64,000 nt of DNA from an uncultured candidate division Zixibacteria bacterium (GTDB lineage: Bacteria; Zixibacteria; MSB-5A5; RBG-16-43-9): NCBI GenBank assembly GCA_963713865.1, contig OY970208.1, positions 1,984,001 through 2,048,000 on the forward strand. Direction: 5' to 3'. Both the position numbers and the translations under genes were made by a program. The stretch's first letter is position 1. Each line of letters starts with the position of its first letter. The notes under the pieces were generated by a model that was not told the DNA's origin, did no database searches, and worked only from the letters and a program-made list of their open reading frames with translations. Positions 9,157-19,535 of this stretch are shown here, piece by piece.

Positions 9157-11202
9157 TTACACCGGTAGCCTGATAATGAAAGTAGTCCCTTCACTGAGTT
9201 TGCTTTCCACTTCGATTTTACCCTTATGATCAGCGATAATCCGATAAGCAATTGCCAGACCCAAACCAGTCCCTTTATCTTTAGTGGTAAAGTAGGGTTG
9301 AAAGATCTTAGAGAGATTTTCCTCTGGAATTCCAGGCCCTGAATCTTTAATTTTTATAACAATTTCTTTTCCTGACCTATCCAATTTACCCAGGATTTTC
9401 ATCTTCCCCCCCGCCGGCATTGCCTGAATCCCGTTAAGAATTACATTTACAGTAGCTTTTTTCATCTCCTCTCTATCTATCCGTATCTTTGGTATATTCT
9501 CAATCTCTTTCTCTATTAATATCCCCTTTTCTTTAGCTTCGATCTCCATTAAAGAGATGATTTCACAAAAGAAGGAATTCATATCAGTAGAAACGAGATT
9601 CAATTTCTGAACCTTAGCCAGGCTTAGAAATTGATTTATAGTCTGATCCAGCCTTTTGATCTCATTCAGGATGGTCTGTGTGAAATTAAGGTACTCCTCC
9701 TTATCTTTAATGGGTACAAACTCACTTTTCAATCTCTGAGCTGCAATAGAAATGGCATTCAGAGGATTCCTTATCTCATGAGCCACTCCCGCTGCCAGAT
9801 TCCCTAAAGTAGAAAGCCTTTCTGCCCTTTTAGCCTCCTCTTCATATTTTTTCAACTCAGTCATATCATGGATAACTGCTACTGCTCCCTGAATTTTCCC
9901 TTTTTCATCTAAGAGAATTGAGGTGCCGAGAACCAGGTCCTTGTTTTCTTTTGAACGCATCGGTAATCTTCTTTCCATATCCCATATGCTTTTCCCTGAA
10001 CTTAAAACTTGATTAATTAAGGGTTCGTCCTCAGGAAAAATCTGAGAATAGTTTTTGTTGATTACCTCATTTCTTTTCAGCGAAAATAGTTCTTCAGCCA
10101 CTGGATTGAAAACAATTATACTTTTATTTTTATCCACAGCCACAACCGCATTATTCATTCCTTCTAAAACATTTCCGGTTAGAGTTCTGATCTCCTTATA
10201 AGATCTATCCAGGACAAAATAGCTTTGATTGACCATCACTATTCCAATAAAAAGTAAGCCTAAGAAGAAGAGGATAAGGCTGAAAAAGAGGATTTGTCTC
10301 TGAAAACTTTTCGAGACTTGACTATACCCCTCCAGGGATAGTCCTATGCGGAATACCCCCGCAGGAAATCGATCTGATATGAAAGGCTTTACCACTTCTA
10401 AGACCTTTCTTTCCTCGAAAGGCGTCACTCTGCTTTTAGTTTCATTTTTCAAGAGAGCTTCTAAAAGGAAAGGGTCGTTTTCGAGCTTCAGCATCTTTTC
10501 CACCTTTTTAGAGGCAAATACAATCCCCTCTCTGGATTGAAGAACTATATATTCTATTCCGCTCTGCTGGCTAATATTCTGGATCAGATATCCGATTCCG
10601 ATCTCCTTCTGGAAATTCTCCATATAAGCAGTTGGTGATATGACTGCAATTCCACCTTGACCTTTAGACCTTCTTAAGACCACCACATATTTCCCCTCTG
10701 AAAGTATTCCATCTCCTTTTATTTCAAAAGCTGTCTCCTGGATTTCACCTTTTAAAACCTTCTCTGATTTAGCAAAAGAGAAATGGGCAGTATCGGCATA
10801 AATTTCTAATTCTTCTGGATGACTGCTTTTGAAAATCTTTCTATTTATGTCCAGAAGATCAATTCTCGACAATGAATTTCTTCTGACCAGTTCCTCTAAC
10901 TTAGAATTGGTTAAAATACCGTCTTTATCCATCTGATCAACCAATTTAGCAACATCCAAAAGCCTCTCTGTAACTAATTCCTCTAATAGACTGTTGGCTT
11001 TGACCGTATTCTGGCTGGCTAAAACTAAGCTCTCTAAAAGAGCCTCCCCCTCTTTTTCCATCACCTTCAGCATATTCGATTTGCTCTTCTCGATACTGAA
11101 AAAAGCAATTAAAAATAAGAGCGAAGCAAAAAGAAGGGTTAACAGGATAACATATCTCAGCCTTAAGCCGGTTAAGAATCTTAGACTTTTCAGCTCAGCC
11201 AA
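9157..11202 (-). CDS. Membrane PAS sensor histidine kinase (ZraS/AtoS-like)
   Basis: Two TM segments, periplasmic region, PAS, AHEIRNPLNAI H-box, N/G1/F/G2 boxes (DSGPGI, GTGLGL). Confidence 0.95.
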   Translation of the reverse strand: MAELKSLRFLTGLRLRYVILLTLLFASLLFLIAFFSIEKSKSNMLKVMEKEGEALLESLVLASQNTVKANSLLEELVTERLLDVAKLVDQMDKDGILTNSKLEELVRRNSLSRIDLLDINRKIFKSSHPEELEIYADTAHFSFAKSEKVLKGEIQETAFEIKGDGILSEGKYVVVLRRSKGQGGIAVISPTAYMENFQKEIGIGYLIQNISQQSGIEYIVLQSREGIVFASKKVEKMLKLENDPFLLEALLKNETKSRVTPFEERKVLEVVKPFISDRFPAGVFRIGLSLEGYSQVSKSFQRQILFFSLILFFLGLLFIGIVMVNQSYFVLDRSYKEIRTLTGNVLEGMNNAVVAVDKNKSIIVFNPVAEELFSLKRNEVINKNYSQIFPEDEPLINQVLSSGKSIWDMERRLPMRSKENKDLVLGTSILLDEKGKIQGAVAVIHDMTELKKYEEEAKRAERLSTLGNLAAGVAHEIRNPLNAISIAAQRLKSEFVPIKDKEEYLNFTQTILNEIKRLDQTINQFLSLAKVQKLNLVSTDMNSFFCEIISLMEIEAKEKGILIEKEIENIPKIRIDREEMKKATVNVILNGIQAMPAGGKMKILGKLDRSGKEIVIKIKDSGPGIPEENLSKIFQPYFTTKDKGTGLGLAIAYRIIADHKGKIEVESKLSEGTTFIIRLPV

Positions 11203-11388
11203 TTTTTTTCTCCTTTTGATAGAGTTAATTTAACTCCAAATAAATTAAGTGTCAAGATATATGAATTTGGAGAATGTAGTGTCAGGCTGTAGCCTTCCTT
11301 CTAACCATCTATATATCGTAAAACCAGCGAAGATCTGCAGGGGCGAACCGATAGGTCACCCCTACAACGACCGTCAAAAAAAGAAAAC

Positions 11389-11419
11389 AAAAAAACCGAC
11401 CCCATAGATCAGTTTTTTT
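11389..11419 (-). terminator. Putative intrinsic terminator after the cytochrome gene
   Basis: Minus strand ACTGATC-TATGG-GGTCGGT followed by a T run. Confidence 0.5.
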
Positions 11420-11439
11420 GTTAGCCAGACTACCTCTTT

Positions 11440-14091
11440 TTATCTGATCAGAAGCATTTTCTTGGTTTCAGAGTAATCTTTTGAGTTCAGTTTGTAGAAA
11501 TAGATCCCACTGGATACATCAAATCCCTTTTCGTCTTTTCCGTTCCAGGTAGCAATATAATTTCCCGCCTCCATCTCCTCGTTCACCAGATTTTTAACTT
11601 TCTGTCCGAGTATATTATAAACTGAAAGCTCAACCCTGATCCTCTTCGGTATGGAGAACTTAATCTGAGTAATCGGATTGAACGGATTCGGATAGTTCTG
11701 GAACAGAGCGAAAACCTTAGGTACAGCTCCCTCTTCCTCACGAACCGACGTAACCATAACTGGAAGCTCAACCGAAGGTTCACTAATGTTCCCTGAGAAA
11801 TCAATGGCAGTTAGCTTGTAATAGTAATTACCATTCACCAGGTTAGAATCTACATAATCGGTATTAGCAGAGTATCCGATCCGGTTAGAAGGAGATGGTG
11901 TGAACCCGGATGTGGTGCTACGATGGATAACAAAATAGTTAAGATCAGGATCCGGAGACTGGTTCCATCTCAGCTGAACATTGCGTCCCAGAATCAGGGC
12001 TGCAAGTCCTGTAGGAACGGCAGGAGCTAAATTATCTACGGAATAACCGCTATCCGGTAAAGATTCGTAGAAAGTCCCGGGATCTGCAGTATGGCCTGAT
12101 ACGTATAAGATGGTCCAGTGCATTCCGGAAACGATAGTAGAATCATAAAGGGTTGGAGCTACGTAACCATAGCGATCATGATGTGTGGCTGGTATGGAGC
12201 CTAAGAAAGTCCAGACCGTTCCCGCTACTGAGATTTTCGCACCAAGTTTCAACTCGGGGTAGGATGAGAGCATCTTCTTAAAGGTATCCACTTCTTTTGC
12301 CAGAATCTTTGAGTTGTAAGAATCATCTCTTCTCCAGATACCGTAACTGGTAACTGGATGGTCGATATCATCCTCGCCCGCAAACATATTCCAGAGGATA
12401 CTTACTTGTTTACCCTGATCGTTAGGCACATCCGAGATCTCCACGATGTCTCCGGCCTGAGCTTGAGCTGATATCCTTTTGATAGAATCCCATAAAAGTT
12501 TTTCAGCATAGGCTGGGTTGTGCATACCCTTGCTGCCGTCTAACTCTACGAAGTAGTAATTGTATGCCCCGCCCTTCTCGGTAATAGTCAGAAGAGGATC
12601 CAGGTGGTTTCTGACTGCGCCTGTGGAATCTTTAGGAAGTAATGTACCCAGAGAGTCCAAAACTGTTTCGACTTTGGCTTGAGCTGTCCTCAGGAAGACA
12701 AGGCTCACACTACCATGACATCCTTTGCACCCCCCGTCATTTAAGATATCATCTGTAGAGTCATCCGGAGTACCATTATCAGAAAAAACTGCAAAGGTAT
12801 GCCCGCCCACTTTAGTGACAAGAGTATCTGCTGGAGATACTGCCATATGACAGGTTACACATTTATCAGCCGCATAAGTATGGCTTCCAACCGGGTATAT
12901 TTCATTGGGATAGTTATACCCGCTCTTTCCTTCCAGCATATCTGACTGGTGCGAATGGTGAAGCCCACGACTGCTTACTCTTAACTTGTGACAATCGTAG
13001 CATACACCGTATAATTGCGGTCTCCTGAGCTGGTGCAGATTCTCAGCACTATGAGGATCGTGACAGGCTGCACAGGTAACCCCTTCTACCAGCTTATAAG
13101 GTGCCGCAGAGGACTGTCCATCTATGGTCTCATGCAAATAACCTTGAGCAGTATGACACCTGGCGCAGTTAGTGCTATTCATATGTTCAGGATCTCCAGG
13201 TTCGCCTGCTGACATCGAATGTCTGGAGAAATCCCATTGATAAGGGAATATATGATGACCCGAATCATGACATGCAGCGCAGACACCGGAATTAAGGCTA
13301 ACACCGATCCTGTTGTACCTATTCTCACCGCCGTGCCGGCTGCCCGGACCATGACAGTTTTCGCACTGGATATTAGCTAAGTTAGCCAGATCTGGATAAT
13401 TAACCACCATAGAGTCAAAATTACCCGGCTGCAAAGTGGTCGGGAAAGTCCAGCCTAATAAAGCTGCCACATCGTCAAAGCCATAGTTGTTTGCTGCAAT
13501 GTCTTGATCATACCCTACTGTGTGACAGCTAATACAGTTTGGACCATAATGGGTGCTGACGATTCCGTCTATGCCCCTTTGAAACATAGAGGCGTGACCA
13601 GTCTCCTCCCATTCGGCAACCTTATTGTTATGGCAGAAAAAACCGCACTGGGGCCAGTGAGGAGTCATTCCACCAATTTGACCTGTACCTACCCACGTTC
13701 CAGCGCTAATATACATAGTGTCCGGATTACTCGTGCCTGCACTTCCAGTTATTACCAGGGTAACGATATAAGTTCCCTCTAAATCCGGAACCATAGTTGG
13801 ATTCTGAATGGCAGCGTTACTTAAAGTAGTTGATGAACCAATCGGTTTGGCAAGAACCCAGATATAAGTATAAGTGTTAGTATCACCAGGATTAGATGTA
13901 AAATAAATTTTACTACCTACACCTACATTCGGCAATCCGGTAGAAGTTCTAAGCAGGGTAGTGTCTACAGTAAGGTCTCTGGGCGAATAGGCTAAAAGTC
14001 TTACCTTAGCCACCGGAACTGCAGCTAAAGAGAATTGAAAACTAAAGAGAAGTAAAAAAACATTAAACAAGAAAACTTTGCCAACTTTCAT
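11440..14091 (-). CDS. Secreted multiheme c-type cytochrome (8 CxxCH + 1 CxxxCH) with Fn3-like domain and FlgD/T9SS type A-like C-terminal tail
   Basis: Signal peptide; CGFFCH, CISCH, CENCH, CAACH, CARCH, CAACH, CYDCH, CVTCH, CKGCH; tail LFQNYPNPFNP...SGIYFYKL..TKKMLLIR. Confidence 0.9.
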   Translation of the reverse strand: MKVGKVFLFNVFLLLFSFQFSLAAVPVAKVRLLAYSPRDLTVDTTLLRTSTGLPNVGVGSKIYFTSNPGDTNTYTYIWVLAKPIGSSTTLSNAAIQNPTMVPDLEGTYIVTLVITGSAGTSNPDTMYISAGTWVGTGQIGGMTPHWPQCGFFCHNNKVAEWEETGHASMFQRGIDGIVSTHYGPNCISCHTVGYDQDIAANNYGFDDVAALLGWTFPTTLQPGNFDSMVVNYPDLANLANIQCENCHGPGSRHGGENRYNRIGVSLNSGVCAACHDSGHHIFPYQWDFSRHSMSAGEPGDPEHMNSTNCARCHTAQGYLHETIDGQSSAAPYKLVEGVTCAACHDPHSAENLHQLRRPQLYGVCYDCHKLRVSSRGLHHSHQSDMLEGKSGYNYPNEIYPVGSHTYAADKCVTCHMAVSPADTLVTKVGGHTFAVFSDNGTPDDSTDDILNDGGCKGCHGSVSLVFLRTAQAKVETVLDSLGTLLPKDSTGAVRNHLDPLLTITEKGGAYNYYFVELDGSKGMHNPAYAEKLLWDSIKRISAQAQAGDIVEISDVPNDQGKQVSILWNMFAGEDDIDHPVTSYGIWRRDDSYNSKILAKEVDTFKKMLSSYPELKLGAKISVAGTVWTFLGSIPATHHDRYGYVAPTLYDSTIVSGMHWTILYVSGHTADPGTFYESLPDSGYSVDNLAPAVPTGLAALILGRNVQLRWNQSPDPDLNYFVIHRSTTSGFTPSPSNRIGYSANTDYVDSNLVNGNYYYKLTAIDFSGNISEPSVELPVMVTSVREEEGAVPKVFALFQNYPNPFNPITQIKFSIPKRIRVELSVYNILGQKVKNLVNEEMEAGNYIATWNGKDEKGFDVSSGIYFYKLNSKDYSETKKMLLIR

Positions 14092-14275
14092 TATATTCCC
14101 TCCTTATTGATTGTTGAGCGATTCATTGTCTAAAGTATAATTTTTCTGAATCACCTCCTATTTAGTTAACAATGTTGAAATTTAATGTTTGAGGAATTCA
14201 TTATCCCTTGATTGTAAGTCGATGTAACCAATGAACATACCTGTCAAAAGACCAGCTCAATAATCATACTTGACA

Positions 14276-14304
14276 ATTATAATCTCTTATATCTAATTTG
14301 TCAA
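14276..14304 (-). promoter_or_regulatory. Consensus sigma70 promoter for the cytochrome gene
   Basis: Minus strand TTGACA-17 nt-TATAAT, perfect consensus. Confidence 0.75.
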
Positions 14305-14320
14305 GTATTATTTAGGGCAA

Positions 14321-15767
14321 TGTTATAGCAAGATTAAAATGTCCTAATTTCTACAAAGTTAAAATGTCCTGTTTTCATGTTTTAGTTAATAGTAGCTTTT
14401 GTTCTTTTTGTTCATAAGGTCTATATTGTGAATTAACCTTAAACTTCCGCCAGGGATGATCCACTGGAGGTATATAAGCCGTTTTGAGTTTTAATATGGG
14501 TAGTTTTGGAGTTTCTTTTTCTCTCTTAGGCCTGATGATAATCTCTTTAAACTTCAAGATGGTATCTTTATAGGTAATTAGCATAGAGCCATCTATCATA
14601 TCTTCTACTATCACATTGTTAGTTCTTACATTATCCTTTATCTGATAGAGCCTGTTATTATGCGCTACCGTGAAGTCGTTCCTTAAAGCCCTTTCGGTCT
14701 TAAAGCATAGTATTCGATCCAGGTTAAGAGCTATGGGAACAGGTCTATGAAGATCAAGCTCTTCTGCCGCCCTAAAGCTGAATCGCTTATTATATATGGG
14801 CAGGTAGTATCTTAAGAGTCGATTGGCTTCTTCTATGGTCTTAATACCTCTTAGCCTCATCTCCTTTATTAGGCGATCCTGGAAAGTCCTGAATTGTCTC
14901 TCTATCCTCCCCTTAGCCTGAGGAGAATGGGCATAGATAATCTTAACTCCCAATTCCTTAAAAGCTCTGGCAACCTCACTCAACGGCTCTATTCCCTTAA
15001 GCTGGTCTTCTATAGAAGGCTTCTTAGTTGATTTATATGTGGTATGCTTGTCTAAATATATGCTCAGCGGAATACCATATTTTTTGATATAACGTTTAAA
15101 ACTGTCCATAGCTGGAATGGTGCCTTCATAAGGATAAAATCTTGCAAAGACATTACCGGTAGCGTCATCCACATAACCCATAAGAACACATTCCGGACCC
15201 CTGCTCTCCAGCCAATCATGATGAGAACCGTCCAGCTGGATCATCTCGCCAAAATAACGCCTCCTCTGACGCCACTGACGATGAGCCTTTCTCTTTCGAC
15301 CCCGGTACTCTATCCCTTTCTCCTTGAGCCAGTTCCTTAAGGTCTCTCGACTTAAACCTATCTTGTCTATCTCTAAAAGCTTCTCTGTCGCTAAGGTCGG
15401 ACCAAATCCTGCATATCTCTCCTCATAAAGCTCAAGAACCCTTGTCTTTATCATATCCGGTGTCATATTATGCGATGGTTTTCCTCGAGATCTGTGGACT
15501 ATACCTCGGTCGCCTTCTTCTATCACCCGCTTTATTATTCTTCTGACCTGCCTATCGCTTAAACCTAATATCCCAGCTGCCTCTACTTGAGTTAAACCCT
15601 TGTCAATTGCCTGGTGAATCACATTTATCCTCTTTAGCTCCTCCTGGCTCATCTTTATTATGTCCTTCCCTGCCATAATATCCTCCTTTGGAAAAAGATA
15701 CTATGGCAATCTCTAAATAGGACATTTCTGCTTTGCTAAAACAGGACATTATTATATTGCGATTACA
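14321..15767 (-). mobile_element. IS1202-family (ISNCY) insertion sequence, ISTde1-like by target duplication length
   Basis: Ends TGT...ACA; imperfect IRs each with two AATGTCCT sub-repeats; 16-bp direct repeat GTATTATTTAGGGCAA at 14305-14320 and 15768-15783. Confidence 0.9.
14375..15676 (-). CDS. DDE transposase, ISNCY/IS1202 family
   Basis: N-terminal HTH (LS.RQVRR), GEMIQLDGSHHDW, VDDATG, YLDKH, SPQAKGRIER. Confidence 0.95.
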   Translation of the reverse strand: MAGKDIIKMSQEELKRINVIHQAIDKGLTQVEAAGILGLSDRQVRRIIKRVIEEGDRGIVHRSRGKPSHNMTPDMIKTRVLELYEERYAGFGPTLATEKLLEIDKIGLSRETLRNWLKEKGIEYRGRKRKAHRQWRQRRRYFGEMIQLDGSHHDWLESRGPECVLMGYVDDATGNVFARFYPYEGTIPAMDSFKRYIKKYGIPLSIYLDKHTTYKSTKKPSIEDQLKGIEPLSEVARAFKELGVKIIYAHSPQAKGRIERQFRTFQDRLIKEMRLRGIKTIEEANRLLRYYLPIYNKRFSFRAAEELDLHRPVPIALNLDRILCFKTERALRNDFTVAHNNRLYQIKDNVRTNNVIVEDMIDGSMLITYKDTILKFKEIIIRPKREKETPKLPILKLKTAYIPPVDHPWRKFKVNSQYRPYEQKEQKLLLTKT

Positions 15768-16134
15768 GTATTATTTAGGGCAATTCTTAGAAATTACCTT
15801 TCTCAAAAAAGTCAAGAGCTAAAACTTTTGCTTTGCCTGAGTGATTCTCTTCTTACTTTAAACTATTTAATTTTGACGAGTAAATCTCTAACCCCTTAGA
15901 TTTGGTAGTTACAACTGAAACTCAGTATTTCCAAATTCATTAGAAACCTAAAGAGTCATTTTTCACCTTTCCCCTCCTTGGTTTCAAATTAATTTGAGTC
16001 TCATTAGTTTAGTTTAAACTTAGGTTGAATGTCAAGTATTTATTTTAAATTGTTTGAAGAATTTCTTGAGAGGTATTTCTGAGTCTGAAAAAATTACTGA
16101 TTTATAAAAAATCTCACTTTATTTACCACGATCG

Positions 16135-17898
16135 CTACTTTTCCCCTCTCCCGAATATAAAGAGGAGTTCTTCAATAGTCTCCTCAGTTTCATAAATATT
16201 ATCTCTTACTTGAAACCCGGCAGAAATTAGACTATGAAATAATTCCACAGTCTCTGGGGCTCGCATCCCTTCTTCTTTGAGCTTTTCAACCTGTTTAAAG
16301 AAATTAGTCTTGGGACCATCATATAGAACTTTACCTTGCTTTAAAAAGATAACCCTTTTAGCTAATGCTGCTACCAGATCTAAATTATGAGAGATTAGAA
16401 TTACGGTTACGCCTTTTCCCCTTAGCGCAAGCAGTATTTTCTTAACTCTATCTACTCCATCAAAATCTAATCCCGCCGTGGGCTCATCCAAAATTAAAAT
16501 CTCTGGTTCTAAAGCTAAGACCCCAGCTATAGCCACCCTTCTCTGCTCACCGCTGCTCAAGGAAAAAGGTGAGCGATAGGCAAAATTATCGAAATCCAAC
16601 CCCACCGTCTGAAGGGAGTTTTTTACTCTCAGGTCAACCACCCTATCATCCAAGCCAGAATTCTTTGGTCCAAAAGCAATATCTTCATAAACTGTTTCTT
16701 CAAAAAGTTGCCTTTCCGGAAACTGAAATACTAATCCAACTTTTCCCCTGATTCTTTTCAAGTATGTTTCCTTCTCTTTCAACTCTAAATCCTCAACCCG
16801 GACCTTGCCTGAAGTAGCAAACAATAAACCGTTGAAGTGTTGAGCCAGAGTGGTTTTACCGGAGCCAGTAGGTCCTACCAACCCGATAAATTCACCTTTC
16901 TCAATTTTCAGATTGATCTCTTTTAATGCTGTTTTCGGATTAGCGCTTTTGTAATTATACACATAATCTAATTTTTCAAACTCTATCTGAATATAACCTG
17001 AGACTTTAGGTTTGACCGTCTCGGTTAGATCTGTTTTCTTCTGTATAATGGGTAATGAATAGTTTACCCCTTCTAAGGAGAGCAGTTCCTGAATCAGCTC
17101 CTCCATCTTTGAGATTTCCCTCTTGAATCTGAACCCTTTTCCTTTAAGACCATTTGTTATCTCTATGCTTTTAGGCACAGATAATCCAATATTTTTAAGC
17201 TTCTCAGTCTCTTTGAATACTTCTTCAGGTGTGCCATCCAGAACAACTTTTCCCTTATCTAACACCAAAAGACGCTGAGCCAAAAGAGCTTCATCTGGAA
17301 ATTGAGTGATGTTAAGGATAGTAATCTTTCCTTCACCTGCCAGTTTTCTAATCAGTAGATTTAACATTTCCCTGCCTTCAGGATCGAGGAGTGAGGTCGG
17401 CTCATCCAAGATCAGATATTTTGGTCTCATCGCCAAGACCGCGGCAATTGCCACTCTTTGCTTCTCTCCACCTGAAAGCTTGTGGGGAGGAGAATTTTTA
17501 TACTCCCAGAGATGAAAAGCTGAAAGTGCCCACTCAACTTTCTCTCTAATCTCATCATAAGGTAGGTTTAAATTTTCCAATCCAAAAGCGATCTCTCTTT
17601 CTACTGAAGTAGTTATAATCTGATTATCCGGATTCTGAAAAACCATCCCTACTTTTTGACGAATTAATCTTAAATTCTTTTTATCTTCTGGATTAAGACT
17701 ATCTATCCTCACCTCGCCAGAGGAGGGTTTCAAAAGACCATTCAGTAATCGAGCCAAAGTGGTTTTACCTGAGCCATTAGGCCCGATTATAGAGACAAAC
17801 TCACCTTCTTTAAATTTAAGAGTTAACCCCTCCAGAACATTGATAATCTTTCCTTCAGGTAAGGAGTAATCAAAGGTAACTTGATTTAATTCAATCAT
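16135..17898 (-). CDS. Energy-coupling factor transporter ATPase, fused EcfA1-EcfA2
   Basis: Two ABC cassettes: GPNGSGKT/VFQNPDNQ/LSGGEKQR/LDEPT and GPTGSGKT/VFQFPE/LSSGEQRR/LDEPT. Confidence 0.9.
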   Translation of the reverse strand: MIELNQVTFDYSLPEGKIINVLEGLTLKFKEGEFVSIIGPNGSGKTTLARLLNGLLKPSSGEVRIDSLNPEDKKNLRLIRQKVGMVFQNPDNQIITTSVEREIAFGLENLNLPYDEIREKVEWALSAFHLWEYKNSPPHKLSGGEKQRVAIAAVLAMRPKYLILDEPTSLLDPEGREMLNLLIRKLAGEGKITILNITQFPDEALLAQRLLVLDKGKVVLDGTPEEVFKETEKLKNIGLSVPKSIEITNGLKGKGFRFKREISKMEELIQELLSLEGVNYSLPIIQKKTDLTETVKPKVSGYIQIEFEKLDYVYNYKSANPKTALKEINLKIEKGEFIGLVGPTGSGKTTLAQHFNGLLFATSGKVRVEDLELKEKETYLKRIRGKVGLVFQFPERQLFEETVYEDIAFGPKNSGLDDRVVDLRVKNSLQTVGLDFDNFAYRSPFSLSSGEQRRVAIAGVLALEPEILILDEPTAGLDFDGVDRVKKILLALRGKGVTVILISHNLDLVAALAKRVIFLKQGKVLYDGPKTNFFKQVEKLKEEGMRAPETVELFHSLISAGFQVRDNIYETEETIEELLFIFGRGEK

Positions 17899-17935
17899 AT
17901 TTTAAAAATACTGAAAAACATAATATATTTCAAAT

Positions 17936-17965
17936 AAAACCCGCCTAAGAGTGCAGGCGGGTTTT
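17936..17965 (-). terminator. Intrinsic terminator after gcvPB
   Basis: AAAACCCGCCT-loop-AGGCGGGTTTT. Confidence 0.7.
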
Positions 17966-18009
17966 GACCTTTTTATATTTCATCCACTTAGATGGATTAA
18001 ACTATTACT

Positions 18010-19470
18010 TTAACCTTTCCACCTTATTTCTAAGTCTTTAGCGGCTTTAATTTCATCTAACCGTGAAACCGGTGTGTTGTATGGTGCTCCTTTTACCAAC
18101 TCAGGATTTTCCTCAACCTCTTTAGCAATTTTTCTCATTACCTTAATAAACTCATCACAACTTTCCCGGCTTTCAGACTCAGTTGGCTCAATCATCAAAG
18201 CCTCAGATACGATCAATGGGAAATAAACCGTGGGTGCATGTAATCCATAATCCAGAATCCTCTTGGCTATATCTGCTGTTCTCACCCCTTTACTTTTCTG
18301 CTTAATACCAAACAATACAAATTCATGCATGCAGGGTCCGGGATAAGGAAGGTGATACAGCTCTTTCAAAGACTCCATTATATAATTGGCATTTAAAACC
18401 GCATTCTCTGAGATTTTTTTCAGCCCTTCTGCACCACAGGCTCGGATAAAAGCATAGGCTCTGATCATAATCCCGAAATTCCCATAAAATCCTTGCATCT
18501 TTCCGATTGAATCCGGTCTTTTATAATTCAACGAATAATTTTCTTTCCCCTTTTCATCAACTTTTTTCTCTATAACTGGAACTGGTAGAAAAGGCTCTAA
18601 GATTCTTTTAACTCCCAAAGGTCCTGCTCCAGGTCCTCCGCCCCCATGCGGGGTGGAAAAAGTTTTGTGCAGGTTGAAATGGACTATATCAAAACCCATA
18701 TCACCCGGACGAACTATACCTAAAAGAGCATTCAGATTTGCACCATCCATATATAAAAGTGCTCCTGCATTATGGACTGCTTTGGAGATCTCTTCTATCT
18801 GGGATTCAAAAAGTCCTAAAGTATTAGGAGTGGTAAGCATAAAGCAGGCTACCTCTTCATCCAGAGCTTTTTTTAACTCATCTAAATCCACTAATCCCTT
18901 TTGGTTCGATTTGACCTGAACGACCTGATAGCCGGTTATGGTGACAGAAGCCGGGTTTGTGCCGTGAGCAGAATCTGGAATGATTATCTTTGACCTGGGA
19001 TTTCCGTTTTTGGCATGATAGGCTCGGGTTATCAAAAGACCGGTCAGCTCTCCCTGAGCTCCAGCCGCAGGCTGAAGGGTTACTGCATCAACTCCACCGA
19101 TCTCCTCTAAATATTCACCTAATTCATACATCAACTTTAAAGCACCCTGAACTGTCTCCTCCGGTTGATAGGGATGGATTGAGGAAAAGCCCGACAGACG
19201 TGCCAGATCTTCATTGATTTTGGGACTGTATTTCATTGTGCAGGAGCCTAAGGGGTAAAAGCTTTTATCCACGTGATGATTTAAAATAGAAAGAGCGATG
19301 AAATGACGTACTACATCTACCTGACTCACCTCCGGTATTCGTAACTCTTTCTGCCTTAAGTTGTCCTGAGATATAAGCTCCTCTATTTTTTTTGGTGGTA
19401 TATCTAATTCTGGTAGATCACACCCGCTTCTCCCTTTTGAGCTCAGTTCAAAAATCAGTTTTTGACCCAT
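18010..19470 (-). CDS. gcvPB: Glycine dehydrogenase (decarboxylating) subunit 2
   Basis: [45 protein letters not shown] (PLP lysine). Confidence 0.95.
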   Translation of the reverse strand: MGQKLIFELSSKGRSGCDLPELDIPPKKIEELISQDNLRQKELRIPEVSQVDVVRHFIALSILNHHVDKSFYPLGSCTMKYSPKINEDLARLSGFSSIHPYQPEETVQGALKLMYELGEYLEEIGGVDAVTLQPAAGAQGELTGLLITRAYHAKNGNPRSKIIIPDSAHGTNPASVTITGYQVVQVKSNQKGLVDLDELKKALDEEVACFMLTTPNTLGLFESQIEEISKAVHNAGALLYMDGANLNALLGIVRPGDMGFDIVHFNLHKTFSTPHGGGGPGAGPLGVKRILEPFLPVPVIEKKVDEKGKENYSLNYKRPDSIGKMQGFYGNFGIMIRAYAFIRACGAEGLKKISENAVLNANYIMESLKELYHLPYPGPCMHEFVLFGIKQKSKGVRTADIAKRILDYGLHAPTVYFPLIVSEALMIEPTESESRESCDEFIKVMRKIAKEVEENPELVKGAPYNTPVSRLDEIKAAKDLEIRWKG

Positions 19471-19535
19471 CCAAAACTCCTTAATATTTTAAAGTATGTA
19501 AAACTACCTTCCTGCATTTAGTTCTCGAAATATTT

